64,000 bases of DNA from Bacillota bacterium (GTDB lineage Bacteria > Bacillota > Bacilli > Bacillales > Amphibacillaceae): positions 10,241-74,240 of the forward strand of contig DATGTE010000010.1 in assembly GCA_035301985.1 (NCBI GenBank), given 5' to 3'. A model generated the notes under the pieces. The model searched no databases, was not told where the DNA came from, and worked only from the letters and a program-made list of their open reading frames with translations. The position numbers and the translations under genes are program-made. Of the stretch, positions 19,784 through 31,772 are shown piece after piece (positions within the stretch are counted from its first letter, which is position 1; the number at the start of each line of letters is the position of its first letter).

Positions 19784-21163
19784 TTAGTCTTTTAATCTGT
19801 TTCGAATTTTTGTGGCATAGCCTTCTTTGTTTGTCTGCCTTGCTCGAGCTACTGATAAAGCATCTTTCGGTACATCTTTCGTAATGGTTGAACCTGCTGC
19901 GACATAAGACCCTTTTTCAATCGTTACAGGTGCGACGAGATTAGAATTACAGCCGATAAATGCATCATCCTCAATGGTGGTCAAATGCTTATTCTTCCCA
20001 TCGTAGTTTACCGTTATTGTACCACAACCTATATTAACATGATTCCCAATATCCGCATCTCCAATGTAGCTTAAATGGGAAACTTTACTCTGTTCACCAA
20101 TTGTAGATTTCTTAACCTCTACAAAATTACCAATTCTCGCCTCATTTTCTACTTTTGATTCGGGGCGGATATGTGCATAAGGACCAACACGAACAGAAGC
20201 ACCGACCTGACTATCTTTTACAACACTTTGATGGATGATAGCATTTTCACCGATGATACTGCTCTGTATTTCACTGTGTGGTCCAATTTCTGCGTTCGCT
20301 TTTATAATTGACGCCCCGGTAATCATCGACCCTGGATGAATGATAACGTCCTGTTCAATGACGACATCAGGATGGATATACGTATGGTCTGGATCGATGA
20401 TTGTCACCCCATTGTTCATGTGACGTTCGTTGATCCGTAGCTTCATCGTTTTTTCAGCTTGCGCTAGCGCAACACGGTCATTAACCCCTAACGTTTCAGA
20501 AAAGTCGGAAGTTGAATAGGCACTAACTGTGGCGGATTTACGACGTAAGATTTCAATGACATCGGGTAAATAATACTCGCCTTGCGCATTATCATTCGAT
20601 ATTTCCGCTAAAGCTTCGAACAGAGCTTCATTGTCAAAACAGTATGTACCCGTATTGATTTCATTTATTTGAAGTTCTTGTTCATTCGCATCTTTATGTT
20701 CCACTATTCGTTCCACTTCTTGACGATCATTACGAATAATTCTCCCATATCCTGTTGCATCAGGAGCGATTGCTGTTAACACGGTAGCCTTCGCACCTGT
20801 TTTTTCATGATATTCAAATAAGTTCTCATATGTTTCTTTCGTAATAAGCGGTGTATCACCACAGACAACAATCGTTGTTCCTTGTTTATTTTTCAATAAA
20901 TCTTCTGCTTGCATGACAGCGTGTCCTGTTCCAAGTTGTTCCTCTTGAACAACAAATTTACACGCTTCACCGATATGTTCCATGACTTGGTTAGCATGAT
21001 GGCCAACAACTGCTACCATTTCCGTTAAATGGTTAGCTTGTAATTGGTCAATCACATGTTGAACCATGGAACGGCCTAATACAGGATGAAGGATCTTAGG
21101 AATGTTGGATTTCATTCGTGTGCCTTCTCCTGCTGCTAATATGACAGCATAACGTTTTTCCAT
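19784..21163 (-). CDS. glmU: Bifunctional GlcNAc-1-P uridyltransferase / GlcN-1-P acetyltransferase
   Basis: 459 aa with [11 protein letters not shown] nucleotidyltransferase motif and C-terminal left-handed beta-helix hexapeptide repeats. Confidence 0.97.
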   Translation of the reverse strand: MEKRYAVILAAGEGTRMKSNIPKILHPVLGRSMVQHVIDQLQANHLTEMVAVVGHHANQVMEHIGEACKFVVQEEQLGTGHAVMQAEDLLKNKQGTTIVVCGDTPLITKETYENLFEYHEKTGAKATVLTAIAPDATGYGRIIRNDRQEVERIVEHKDANEQELQINEINTGTYCFDNEALFEALAEISNDNAQGEYYLPDVIEILRRKSATVSAYSTSDFSETLGVNDRVALAQAEKTMKLRINERHMNNGVTIIDPDHTYIHPDVVIEQDVIIHPGSMITGASIIKANAEIGPHSEIQSSIIGENAIIHQSVVKDSQVGASVRVGPYAHIRPESKVENEARIGNFVEVKKSTIGEQSKVSHLSYIGDADIGNHVNIGCGTITVNYDGKNKHLTTIEDDAFIGCNSNLVAPVTIEKGSYVAAGSTITKDVPKDALSVARARQTNKEGYATKIRNRLKD

Positions 21164-21367
21164 GGTAATCCTCCATTCTCTTATCCATTATGAATATATC
21201 TCAAATAAGACAGTATTTCAATAGTTAAAGTCTTTATATAGGACGTTTTTTTCAAAAGTGGTTATAATTTTATTTGTCATCAACATACATTCATTAACAT
21301 GGAAGAACAATGCCTTTACAAACAATTGGAGTAAATGGTTGATTTGTGTTTTTGGGGCTGATCTTTT

Positions 21368-21409
21368 CAAAAAAAAAAGAAGACTAATCGCTAAAGGATT
21401 AGACTTCTT
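21368..21409 (-). terminator. spoVG terminator
   Basis: 13-bp stem AAGAAGTCTAATC/GATTAGACTTCTT followed by a run of 9 or more T on the minus strand. Confidence 0.85.
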
Positions 21410-21426
21410 GTTGTTTAATAAAAATA

Positions 21427-21717
21427 TTAGGAAGCACCGGCTTCTTCAAATTCAACCTCTTCTTCACCCGCACGGTGATATTCTTCCAATACAGCATCCT
21501 GGATTTTTGCACGTGTATTGGAGTTAATTGGGTGTGCAATATCTCTGAATTCACCGTCAGGAGTTCGTTTGGAAGGCATTGCTACAAACAATCCATTATT
21601 GCCATCGATCACACGGATATCATGAACGACAAACTCCTCGTCCATTGTAATCGAAGCAATTGCCCGCATTCTTCCTTCCGTGTTCACGCGGCGTAATCTT
21701 ACGTCAGTAATTTCCAT
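21427..21717 (-). CDS. spoVG: Septation/sporulation regulator SpoVG
   Basis: 96 aa starting [11 protein letters not shown], with [17 protein letters not shown]. Near-identical to Bacillus SpoVG. Confidence 0.97.
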   Translation of the reverse strand: MEITDVRLRRVNTEGRMRAIASITMDEEFVVHDIRVIDGNNGLFVAMPSKRTPDGEFRDIAHPINSNTRAKIQDAVLEEYHRAGEEEVEFEEAGAS

Positions 21718-21760
21718 GCTGTTTCACCACCTTTTCCCATTTAAACTTGCTTATATATGT

Positions 21761-21786
21761 AGTTCAACAAAAATAATAAAACTCCT
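21761..21786 (-). promoter_or_regulatory. Possible sigma-H type spoVG promoter with upstream AT-rich box
   Basis: AGGAGTT, 14 nt, GAACT on the minus strand, preceded by a long A/T tract. Resembles the sigma-H consensus AGGAWWT..GAAT. Weak call. Confidence 0.35.
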
Positions 21787-21825
21787 GCTAAAAATTTAAA
21801 AAAGTTTAATTATTTACACTAGTTT

Positions 21826-21865
21826 AATAAAAAATAAAATCCTTCGATTTATTTAGAAGGATTTT
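21826..21865 (-). terminator. purR terminator
   Basis: AAAATCCTTC..GAAGGATTTT hairpin followed by TATTTTTT on the minus strand. Confidence 0.8.
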
Positions 21866-21882
21866 ACATGACATTTACAAAA

Positions 21883-22692
21883 TTATAAAAAGTTACCGGG
21901 AATAACTTGGATTTTTTTCTCTTTTGTATCGATAATGGAGATTTTTACCAAGGAAACATAATCATCGACAATCCGTTCTTCTTCATCATCGTCTGCCTCT
22001 GCTAAAACACCGATTGCTTTTACTTGGGCTTGAAACTCGTCTAATAAACTCATCATTCCCGTAATCGTTCCACCAGCTTTCATAAAATCATCAATAATAC
22101 AAACATTAGCACCCTCTTGTAAGCTCCGCCTTGGTAATACCATCGTTTGAATGCGCTGTGAGGAACCTGAAACATAATTAATACTCACAGAAGAGCCTTC
22201 TGTTACTTTAGGGTCTCTTCTAACGATGACTACAGGTACATTTAAGAATGAAGCTACCGCATACGCTAATGGTATACCTTTTGTAGCAACAGTCATCACT
22301 ACATCGATCTCTAGATCTGAAAACTTTGAAGCAAACATGCGACCGATTTTACGAACCGTTTGTGGCTCTCCTAACAAGTCGCTCATATATAAATAGCCAC
22401 CGGGTAAAATTCGGCTTGGGGCTTCCAATCGACTGCACAACTGTTTAATAAATTGCGTCCCTTTTTCATCGGATGTTTTAGGAACATAGTGTACCCCGCC
22501 TGAAGACCCGGATACTCTATACAAATATCCAATTCCTTCATGTTCAAACATTTTATTGATAATATCCAAATCCTCACTTACCGATGCTTTAGCAGCGTTG
22601 AATTTTTCAATAAAATATTCCAATTGCTGATGTTCCTTCGGATGTTCCAAAAAAAAATTCGTTAAGGCAACCAATCGATCACTTCTTCTCAT
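21883..22692 (-). CDS. purR: Pur operon repressor
   Basis: 269 aa with N-terminal winged helix (MRRSDRLVALTNFF) and a PRT-type domain (VCIIDDFMKAGGT). Confidence 0.95.
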   Translation of the reverse strand: MRRSDRLVALTNFFLEHPKEHQQLEYFIEKFNAAKASVSEDLDIINKMFEHEGIGYLYRVSGSSGGVHYVPKTSDEKGTQFIKQLCSRLEAPSRILPGGYLYMSDLLGEPQTVRKIGRMFASKFSDLEIDVVMTVATKGIPLAYAVASFLNVPVVIVRRDPKVTEGSSVSINYVSGSSQRIQTMVLPRRSLQEGANVCIIDDFMKAGGTITGMMSLLDEFQAQVKAIGVLAEADDDEEERIVDDYVSLVKISIIDTKEKKIQVIPGNFL

Positions 22693-22892
22693 AATTCCAC
22701 CCCAACCGCTAAATATTCCATACTAATATACCACCATAATCCTTTTTTAGGCAAATTCAATTAAAGTCATTTCGCATGTAATATTAGCTAAGCTAGTGTC
22801 ATTCAGTGGGCTATGTATGATTATATTCCTACTCATAAACGGAAGTTTTTGTCGGGAATGGGTCGACATATATGATCTTTTTATAAAAATTA

Positions 22893-22921
22893 TAAAAAAG
22901 GCAAACCTGCTAAGGTCTGCC
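22893..22921 (-). terminator. sspF terminator (overlaps the stop codon)
   Basis: GGCAGACC..GGTTTGCC hairpin followed by TTTTTT on the minus strand. Confidence 0.75.
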
Positions 22922-23092
22922 TTTTTGTTCTATATTCTCTTCAGCAATTTCGATGGCCCGCTTCACCATATTTCCCGCATCTCTTGCTTTAATACCGCCC
23001 CAGCCCTCTTTCACTACTGTGTCGTAAAATCCTAACTCTTTTGCAATTTCTTCTTTCAATTGGTCAGACATAATTCCACGACGCCTTGCCAT
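22910..23092 (-). CDS. sspF: Alpha/beta-type small acid-soluble spore protein
   Basis: 60 aa from the ATG at 23092. [28 protein letters not shown] is the SASP alpha/beta signature. Position after veg is syntenic. Confidence 0.88.
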   Translation of the reverse strand: MARRRGIMSDQLKEEIAKELGFYDTVVKEGWGGIKARDAGNMVKRAIEIAEENIEQKGRP

Positions 23093-23133
23093 GAAAGAAC
23101 AGCCCCTTTCTGTCAAGATTGTTACGACATGTT

Positions 23134-23162
23134 TAGTTTGGGCTCGTTATGAAAATTCATTC
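23134..23162 (-). promoter_or_regulatory. Sigma-G type promoter of sspF
   Basis: GAATG (23162..23158), 17 nt, CAAACTA (23140..23134). Fits GHATR-17-CATnnTA with one mismatch. Confidence 0.5.
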
Positions 23163-23258
23163 CTGTCACATGGATGCAGGTAAGGAAAATTATACATAAA
23201 AAAACTGTCCGTTCATTTATGTAGAAACAAAGAGCAGAGAACAATCCCGTCTACTGCT

Positions 23259-23510
23259 CTAAACAACTTCCTTATCATCAAGGAAGCTCAACTCTACCGA
23301 TTCTGTTAATACGTCTGCATAGCTATAAGAAACACGTTCGAATGCATTTTCGTCTTGATCTAATTCTACTACAAAAACAGAAGGATACGTTTCTGCCAAA
23401 ACACCGGATCGCTCGATTGTTTTCCTTCTGCCACGATTCGCTTTCAATCGTAATCGTCTGCCTAATTGATCTTCAAGACCTTGCCTAATTTCGAGTAATG
23501 TTTTCGCCAC
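23259..23510 (-). CDS. veg: Veg protein
   Basis: 83 aa from the GTG at 23510 (AGGTGGAG SD). [48 protein letters not shown] is near-identical to B. subtilis Veg. Confidence 0.93.
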   Translation of the reverse strand: MAKTLLEIRQGLEDQLGRRLRLKANRGRRKTIERSGVLAETYPSVFVVELDQDENAFERVSYSYADVLTESVELSFLDDKEVV

Positions 23511-23572
23511 TATACTCCACCTCGCTACATTAAATATACCATAAGCTCGTTCAATAGTCAAGAAAAACATTC

Positions 23573-23602
23573 ATTATAACAATAACTTAAATTTCATGTC
23601 AA
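23573..23602 (-). promoter_or_regulatory. Pveg-like strong sigma-A promoter
   Basis: TTGACA (23602..23597), 18 nt, TATAAT (23578..23573), with an A/T-rich UP-like tract upstream. Confidence 0.65.
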
Positions 23603-23768
23603 TAGATAAATTTCATCTTTATGCCTATTATGTCTAATTGTTAACAAAGTATGTATGATTTCTCATAACTTCCGTTCTGAATTTTCGGAACCATCTGGAT
23701 TGAGTCTTTTTTAGCATTAGACGACAGGTTACTTGTGAAAAGTCCCCTGCCGTGCCTGCTGCAACATT

Positions 23769-24641
23769 CTACTCGGATGAAGAACTTTCTTCCTCCATAT
23801 AAGGCATTCCTGTTCGTAATAACCCCTTCGTTTCTATCCCTCCCATACCCTTTTCACCTGTTAACGTATTGCTTAAAGCCTCCCACACATTAACCTTTTC
23901 CATAAAAGGTGTATAAGCAATTTTTGCGACGATATACACAGGGTCCAGTGCATGGATATTAATTCGTGATGGTGAACTTGCAAAATTCGCTCCTGCTCGA
24001 ATCAATGACTCAAAATGTGACTGGCAAGCACCAGCGAAGATAATGAGTTGGTCCACATCGGGAACAATTTGCCTCGCTTCACGAACCGTTTCAGCGAAAT
24101 ACTTGGAGTGACGATATGCGCGAAGATCACTCTTCAATCCTTTATGCTTGGAAAATGAATCATGACCAGTAATGACAATGATATGCGGTTGTATTTTATT
24201 GATTAATGCACCAATCTGAAAGGGCATTTCTTTTTCATCCATGTGAACGCCATGGACTTGCAAACCTACTCTTTTGTACAATTCAATACATTTTTTTAAA
24301 TACGTCTGGTCTCCATCGACATGAAGTACGCGGGCAGGTAATTGAAAAAAATTAATATGCTGATAACCATCTGTTGATTGATATTCACGTTTTTCTTTCA
24401 TCAACAAATAATCCTGACGAAATAAACGATATGAAAATTCCTCCCGGTCTTTCCCCTTTTTCCGCCTTTTTTCCAGTTCGCGATTTTCTAAACGCACTAA
24501 ATCATCAACAGGCGAATCAGCCACTAAACGAATCTCTTCTCCGTGTAATATAGCCTCTTTATGTGACAGCGAAGCAATTCGAAATACGATATCATTTTCA
24601 TAAGATAATCGGGTAACGATTTCGCCTACTTTAAAATCCAT
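23769..24641 (-). CDS. yabG: Sporulation-specific protease YabG
   Basis: 290 aa with VLHVDGD, IVITGHD and FAGACQSHFE motifs of the YabG peptidase family. Position is syntenic. Confidence 0.92.
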   Translation of the reverse strand: MDFKVGEIVTRLSYENDIVFRIASLSHKEAILHGEEIRLVADSPVDDLVRLENRELEKRRKKGKDREEFSYRLFRQDYLLMKEKREYQSTDGYQHINFFQLPARVLHVDGDQTYLKKCIELYKRVGLQVHGVHMDEKEMPFQIGALINKIQPHIIVITGHDSFSKHKGLKSDLRAYRHSKYFAETVREARQIVPDVDQLIIFAGACQSHFESLIRAGANFASSPSRINIHALDPVYIVAKIAYTPFMEKVNVWEALSNTLTGEKGMGGIETKGLLRTGMPYMEEESSSSE

Positions 24642-24887
24642 ACACCCACCTCACAGCCATTCAATCTGAGCTTCTAACTTTAGAATATGAGGAAGGGTGC
24701 CCAAATGTGCAAAAAATAGAAATGAAATTCTTTCAAAAGGAATGGACAATATAAAAAGGAAATACGGCATTTAAGTATAGAGGAAAACTCTTTTTTAAAA
24801 AGATGTGCTTAGTATCAACGTAGGGTGACACCGTTCCAGACAGAACGACAGAACGCAATTACAATGATTTGTATGGGATGCGGATAA

Positions 24888-25775
24888 TCATTTATTCCTT
24901 TCGGTTCGATAAAATACATTAGCTAACATTGAAAATTCCTCTAATTTTAGCGATTCTGCTCGTCGAGAACCATCCAACCCTGACGATTGGATTATACTTG
25001 ATACGGTTTGTTTATCGTATTTATCCTTATAAAAATGTGCTAAATTATTTCGCAATGTTTTTCTTCGCTGTGCAAAACATGCTTGTACAAATGGAAAAAA
25101 GTAATTTTCATCTTCTATGTGAACGGGTGGATCCTCTCTTTTCGTCAACCTTAAAATACTTGAATCAACATTTGGCTGAGGTATAAAAACACTTTTTGGC
25201 ACATCCATCACAACCTCAGCATGTGTATAATATTGAATTGCAATCGTTAGTGAACCGTAACTTTTACTATTTGGTTTGGCTGCCATTCTGTCGGCGACCT
25301 CTTTTTGAATCATGACGGTAAAATTCTCAACAGGTAGGCGATCACGCAGTAATTTTGTAAGTATGGGTGTTGTTATATAATATGGCAAATTCGCAACAAT
25401 ATGAATCGGTTGTTCCGGATGAAAATATCGTTTGATGATGGCGTGTACATCTGCTTCTAAAATATTTTGATGAATCATATGGATATTGGGGTAATCAGCT
25501 AACTCCTCATTTAAAATTGGTAACAAACGATCATCGATTTCAAACGCGACTACACGATCAGCATAAATCGCTAATTGTTCGGTTAATGCGCCAATCCCAG
25601 GGCCAATTTCAATCACTCCTTTTGTACGGTCAATACCCGCATGTTGGATCATGTTTTCTAAAATATTCACGTCGACTATAAAATTTTGACCGAGACTTTT
25701 TTTAAATGTAAAATGATGTTTATTTAATATTTGTCGAGTTCGAGTTGGTGTAGCGATAAATTTTTTATCGTTCAT
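24888..25775 (-). CDS. rsmA: 16S rRNA (adenine1518/1519-N6)-dimethyltransferase
   Basis: 295 aa with FKKSLGQNF, VIEIGPGIGALT and NLPYYITT motifs. Confidence 0.96.
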   Translation of the reverse strand: MNDKKFIATPTRTRQILNKHHFTFKKSLGQNFIVDVNILENMIQHAGIDRTKGVIEIGPGIGALTEQLAIYADRVVAFEIDDRLLPILNEELADYPNIHMIHQNILEADVHAIIKRYFHPEQPIHIVANLPYYITTPILTKLLRDRLPVENFTVMIQKEVADRMAAKPNSKSYGSLTIAIQYYTHAEVVMDVPKSVFIPQPNVDSSILRLTKREDPPVHIEDENYFFPFVQACFAQRRKTLRNNLAHFYKDKYDKQTVSSIIQSSGLDGSRRAESLKLEEFSMLANVFYRTERNK

Positions 25776-26334
25776 CTGTTTCCTCCTGCTTGATTAAAAG
25801 TAATACATCTTCCAGTTCTTCTTTTGTAATTTGAAACATTTTTAACCGCTTGAGTAATTGTTTTCCATTTGTATGTCCAATGCGCAACAGTTCTCCAAGG
25901 CGTTTTCTTCTTTGTTTCGCTTGAGCATGACCAATGAGCCCATAGCTTAATAAATCCTGTCTACAAATATCACTCGTCTCCACTTCCCCTAATTCATAGA
26001 CCGCACTAAGTGCTTGTTGGATAGCGGCAAGCGATGCATGCTCAATTCCTAAGCTTTTATTCGTCGGGTGTTTAGCTCTCGCTTGTTCCTTTGTTAAAAA
26101 GGCATGTTTACATCCTGGGACCGCTTGATCAATAATCTGCCGCACTCGTTCACCTGGATAATCTGGATCCGTAAAAATGATGACACCCCGTTTACTTTGC
26201 GCATGTTTGATTTGTTCAATTGTATTCCGATTAATCGCCGATCCATTCGTTTCAATTGTATCGGCATCGACCGCTTGTTTAATTTTTGCAGTATCGTCTT
26301 TTCCTTCAACAATAATAACTTCTTTTACTTTCAA
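25765..26334 (-). CDS. rnmV: Ribonuclease M5 (Toprim)
   Basis: KVKEVIIVEGKDDT..FTDPDYPGE. Start set to the TTG at 26334 (GAGGAA SD) by comparison with the B. subtilis N-terminus MKIKEIIVVEG. The exact start is uncertain. Confidence 0.88.
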   Translation of the reverse strand: MKVKEVIIVEGKDDTAKIKQAVDADTIETNGSAINRNTIEQIKHAQSKRGVIIFTDPDYPGERVRQIIDQAVPGCKHAFLTKEQARAKHPTNKSLGIEHASLAAIQQALSAVYELGEVETSDICRQDLLSYGLIGHAQAKQRRKRLGELLRIGHTNGKQLLKRLKMFQITKEELEDVLLLIKQEETDER

Positions 26335-26489
26335 AACGATTTCCTCATTTCTTAAGCTAAAAGTGACATTTCTTTCAGGACAATCTTTCGATGATCGAAA
26401 AAACAAATAAATGAGTCATGTAAACCCCTACCACATATCTTTTATGAGAATTTGTGGAGAAGAAGGGTCTGATTAGTTGTCAGTTATAA

Positions 26490-26532
26490 TGAATAAGAAT
26501 GCTCTTACCATTTTACCATGGTAAGAGCATTC
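26490..26532 (-). terminator. yabE terminator
   Basis: Perfect 14-bp stem GAATGCTCTTACCA/TGGTAAGAGCATTC followed by a T-rich tract on the minus strand. Confidence 0.75.
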
Positions 26533-26565
26533 TGTTCATATACATATAATATTATAAGTCCAAAA

Positions 26566-27921
26566 TCAATTTAAAATTTTTACTTTTACTTCCTTGACTC
26601 CAAATCCGTTCGCTGCTTGTTTAGATGGGAAATGAAGGTCAATTCGATTGCCGACAATATTTCCACCTGTATCAGCAGCGATAGCTGTTCCATAACCTTC
26701 GACCCAAACTTTAGAACCTAGTGGAATAACACTTGGGTCAACTGCTATAACTTTTTTATTTGGGTTTTTTGATAAATCTATTCCGGTCGAAGTTAATCCA
26801 GAGCATCCTTCACACGATGCGGTATATGCACTAGCCGTCATCGTCAGCTCTTTTCCACTTGAGTGAGATGTATCTTTTGTTTGTTGCTCTGATTTCTCAC
26901 TTGACTTTTGATCGCTTGTTGTTGATGGCTTATTTGTTTGTTTTGTCTCTTCTGTTGGTTGATTATTCTCTTGAGTCGTCTCATTCGATTCATGAGCTAC
27001 AGTTGTGATATTTGGTTCTTGAGTAGGTGCTGGTGTGGGTGTTGGCTCAGATGCTTTTTCCTTTGTGCCAACCGCGACGACGCGATTCTTTTTATCTTGT
27101 ACTGTTTTAGTTTCGACGAGATCACGCGTTACTTCTTCACCATTTTCTCGAGTTATTTCATAAACTTCCTCTACTTTTCCATCTTTCCCCTCAGAAATAA
27201 CTCTTTTTTCACCTTTTTCCAAAGAACGATCTTCTACTTCTTCAGTATCAAAAGCGATTGTTTTTTCCTTTGTTTCCGTGTCCTTATTCACTCGAACGAT
27301 TGTTATTTCTGTATCTTCATCGACGTCTTCATTAAGGGACGGTTCAATTTCATCATCGCTATCCTTTTTGTATGTAATATCATTTTCCTTTAATAGTTGT
27401 TGGACGGTTCCACCTGTTGTCCAATATGTTTTCTCTTCACCGCCATTATCGACCGTTACTTGGAATGCTTTTGTAACTTCTAAGTGCATCCCGTCTTTAA
27501 TCTTATCATCTTCATTAAAAGAAATCTCATCATGTTTTGAAAATGAAAGGTTATGTTCAGCTAAAAATTCATCAACCGTATTTAGCGTTGTATGGTATTC
27601 CTTATCTTGGCCATCGACCGTAACAAACACTTGCTTTGCCTTTTTATAGTCGATCTGCATACCATCTTCAACCTTTGCATCAGCACGATGTGATAATGCA
27701 TCATGCTCCCCTACAGCAATTCCCACCTCATCTAGCACTTCATCTACTGTCTTAGCATGTGTCTTAACTTCCTGTTCTTTTCCGTTATCGACGACGACTA
27801 CTTCCGCTTTTGTCGATTCGAATAGGACAATACCGGAAAATAAAATCAGAGCTAAAACACCAACCGTTGAAATGACTAGGTTTGATTTTAAGGCCGGAAA
27901 TTGCTTTGAAAATAATCGCAT
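26566..27921 (-). CDS. yabE: YabE: TM anchor, DUF348 repeats, G5 domain and C-terminal 3D (RlpA/MltA-like) domain
   Basis: 451 aa with repeated VTV..DG..K..T...TV..LL modules, a low-complexity P/T/Q/S linker, and a C-terminus ending IAVDPSVIPLGSKVWVEGYG..DTGG. Confidence 0.9.
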   Translation of the reverse strand: MRLFSKQFPALKSNLVISTVGVLALILFSGIVLFESTKAEVVVVDNGKEQEVKTHAKTVDEVLDEVGIAVGEHDALSHRADAKVEDGMQIDYKKAKQVFVTVDGQDKEYHTTLNTVDEFLAEHNLSFSKHDEISFNEDDKIKDGMHLEVTKAFQVTVDNGGEEKTYWTTGGTVQQLLKENDITYKKDSDDEIEPSLNEDVDEDTEITIVRVNKDTETKEKTIAFDTEEVEDRSLEKGEKRVISEGKDGKVEEVYEITRENGEEVTRDLVETKTVQDKKNRVVAVGTKEKASEPTPTPAPTQEPNITTVAHESNETTQENNQPTEETKQTNKPSTTSDQKSSEKSEQQTKDTSHSSGKELTMTASAYTASCEGCSGLTSTGIDLSKNPNKKVIAVDPSVIPLGSKVWVEGYGTAIAADTGGNIVGNRIDLHFPSKQAANGFGVKEVKVKILN

Positions 27922-27947
27922 GCATATTGCCTCCTTAATCGTGTTTG

Positions 27948-27976
27948 ATTATATAAACACTCTTATGCAAAGTCAA
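27948..27976 (-). promoter_or_regulatory. Sigma-A promoter of yabE
   Basis: TTGACT (27976..27971), 17 nt, TATAAT (27953..27948). About 25 nt upstream of the AAGGAGG SD. Confidence 0.6.
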
Positions 27977-28102
27977 AGCTATTACGATTACATTTACTTT
28001 ACAATTCCGTTACAATTTCGTAAGACCATTTTTTTCCTTTGTGTGGATATGACCCTATCCCTTGGTACAATCGCTTCCCAAGAGAGACGAACGTTTGTTC
28101 AA

Positions 28103-28131
28103 TAAAAAAGGATTGGTTTTTTACCAATCCT
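28103..28131 (-). terminator. yabD terminator
   Basis: AGGATTGG..CCAATCCT hairpin followed by TTTTTT on the minus strand. Confidence 0.8.
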
Positions 28132-28157
28132 GTTTCACTTACTATTTTTTACCTTTT

Positions 28158-28937
28158 TTATCTATTATTTTCTTGTAAGCCAAACAAGTCAAACGCATTT
28201 TTCGTTGTCACTTCTCTCACTTTTTCTATCGGGATCTTTCGTATGTCGGCGATTTTTTGGGCAACTAATTGTACGTAAGCTGGTTCATTTCGTTTACCAC
28301 GATTAGGGTGTGGTGCTAAATAAGGTGCATCTGTTTCAATTAATAGACGGTCAAGAGGGACGTGTGCTGCTACTTCTTGCGGAAGCGGAGCATTTTTAAA
28401 CGTTACTGTTCCGCCTAATGAAATATAAAAATTCATATCCAAGCATGCTTCTACGTATCGTACAGAGTCATTGTAGCAATGCATAATCCCACCGACATCT
28501 TCTGCGCCTTCTTCTCGTAAAATTTCAATAATGTCTTCTGTCGCTTCACGATTATGAACGATAATCGGCATCTGAACCTTCTTTGCTAAATGGATTTGTT
28601 TGCGAAAAACTTCTTTCTGAACGTCTCGAGGCGAATGATCCCAGTGATAATCGAGCCCCATTTCACCAATGGCAACGACTTTCGGATGTGCAGATAACTC
28701 TTCAATCCAGGTGAGATCTTCATCCGTCATATCAATCGCATCAACAGGATGCCAACCAACCGCAGCATAAATCGTTTCATATTGTTCGGCAATTTCAAGA
28801 GCTAGGGGAATCGTTTCTTGATTGAATCCAACGACGACCATATATTGAACACCATTACGAAAAGCTCGTTGAATCACCTCTTCTCGATCCCTCTTAAATT
28901 GTTTAGCGTTTAAATGTACATGTGTATCAAACAACAT
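28158..28937 (-). CDS. yabD: TatD-family metal-dependent DNase/hydrolase YabD
   Basis: 259 aa with the MLFDTHVHL motif, GEMGLDY and ETDAPYL. Confidence 0.94.
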   Translation of the reverse strand: MLFDTHVHLNAKQFKRDREEVIQRAFRNGVQYMVVVGFNQETIPLALEIAEQYETIYAAVGWHPVDAIDMTDEDLTWIEELSAHPKVVAIGEMGLDYHWDHSPRDVQKEVFRKQIHLAKKVQMPIIVHNREATEDIIEILREEGAEDVGGIMHCYNDSVRYVEACLDMNFYISLGGTVTFKNAPLPQEVAAHVPLDRLLIETDAPYLAPHPNRGKRNEPAYVQLVAQKIADIRKIPIEKVREVTTKNAFDLFGLQENNR

Positions 28938-29092
28938 GATTCACTCACTCCTCACACTTTTACCAATGCAATTTTTTTGCGATTTTCCAAGTGATTGATC
29001 GTGCATCACTTTCTAATTGACTTTCATTGAGACCTTTATTAAAAGAAAGGTCAAGCTCTCCATAAGAGAGTTTGACCTCTACTTCAATATGC

Positions 29093-31054
<1,962 letters not shown>

Positions 31055-31284
31055 TTAATTTTTTTCCTCCTCGAACATGTATAAATACTTATTATTCTAT
31101 TGTAACGACTTTTTAATCAGATTTCCATTAGTGACAATACATATGGATGGAATCATAATGGATTTCATTTTTCCTTCTTTTAACGCATTTTTCTATATAG
31201 GGAGGTGTTTTTCCATGCTTAGGAATACGTTGTTTACAAATAAATAAATTTTCCTATAAATGTTTATTTTTCGTAAAAAAATTA

Positions 31285-31313
31285 TTGACACTATTGGTAA
31301 TGATTGGTACGAT
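31285..31313 (+). promoter_or_regulatory. abrB sigma-A promoter (extended -10)
   Basis: TTGACA (31285-31290), 17 nt, TGgTACGAT (31305-31313). Confidence 0.65.
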
Positions 31314-31326
31314 GTATCATAATATA

Positions 31327-31343
31327 TGTCGAAGATTGACGAA
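31327..31343 (+). promoter_or_regulatory. Tandem Spo0A boxes downstream of the abrB promoter
   Basis: TGTCGAA (31327-31333) and TGACGAA (31337-31343), 10 bp apart. Both match the 0A-box TGNCGAA. This is the same arrangement by which Spo0A~P represses B. subtilis abrB. Confidence 0.75.
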
Positions 31344-31366
31344 ACTTAAAAAATGGGGGAAGATGT

Positions 31367-31645
31367 ATGAAGTCTACAGGAATTGTTAGAAAAGTCGATG
31401 AATTAGGTCGAGTTGTTATTCCAATCGAATTACGACGAACACTCGATATAAACATTAAGGACCCGCTTGAAATCTACGTTGACAACGACAAAGTGATTCT
31501 CAAAAAATACAAACCTAACATGTCTTGCTACATTACTGGAGATGCTTCTGATGAAAATCAATCCTTCGCCAATGGAAAACTTGTGCTAAGCCCAGAAGGA
31601 GCCCGAGCTCTTGTCGAAGAAATTCAGGAGCGCTTCACTAAATAA
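31367..31645 (+). CDS. abrB: Transition-state regulator AbrB
   Basis: 92 aa starting MKSTGIVRKVDELGRVVIPIELRRTLDI. Transcribed divergently from metS as in B. subtilis. Confidence 0.96.
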   Translation: MKSTGIVRKVDELGRVVIPIELRRTLDINIKDPLEIYVDNDKVILKKYKPNMSCYITGDASDENQSFANGKLVLSPEGARALVEEIQERFTK

Positions 31646-31679
31646 ATTGTTCGGTCATTGAAGCACCGATTTTCTACCC

Positions 31680-31727
31680 ATCACTCAAGCGTTGATTGTT
31701 CGTTTCAACCTTGGGTGATTTATTTTT
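31680..31727 (+). terminator. abrB terminator
   Basis: ATCACTCAAG..CTTGGGTGAT stem (one G-U pair) followed by TTATTTTT. Confidence 0.7.
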
Positions 31728-31772
31728 CATCGATTTCCATGATTGAAAAGATGTGAGGTGTAATCGATTTCC

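Noticed and set aside
26938-27649. Two long plus-strand ORFs (151 and 123 aa) inside yabE
   Set aside because: They are antisense to a well-supported gene. Their F/L/S/I/C-rich composition mirrors the E/K/D/T-rich yabE codons. They have no SD or promoter and resemble no family.
27922-28157. Possible cyclic-di-AMP (ydaO-type) riboswitch upstream of the cell-wall gene yabE
   Set aside because: The spacer contains only the yabD terminator and a TTGACT-17-TATAAT promoter about 25 nt before the SD. There is neither room nor conserved ACGGGG/CCGA-type motifs for the riboswitch.
31055-31284. T-box leader upstream of metS
   Set aside because: No GGTGGTACCGCG-like T-box sequence or terminator/antiterminator pair is present on the minus strand in this spacer.
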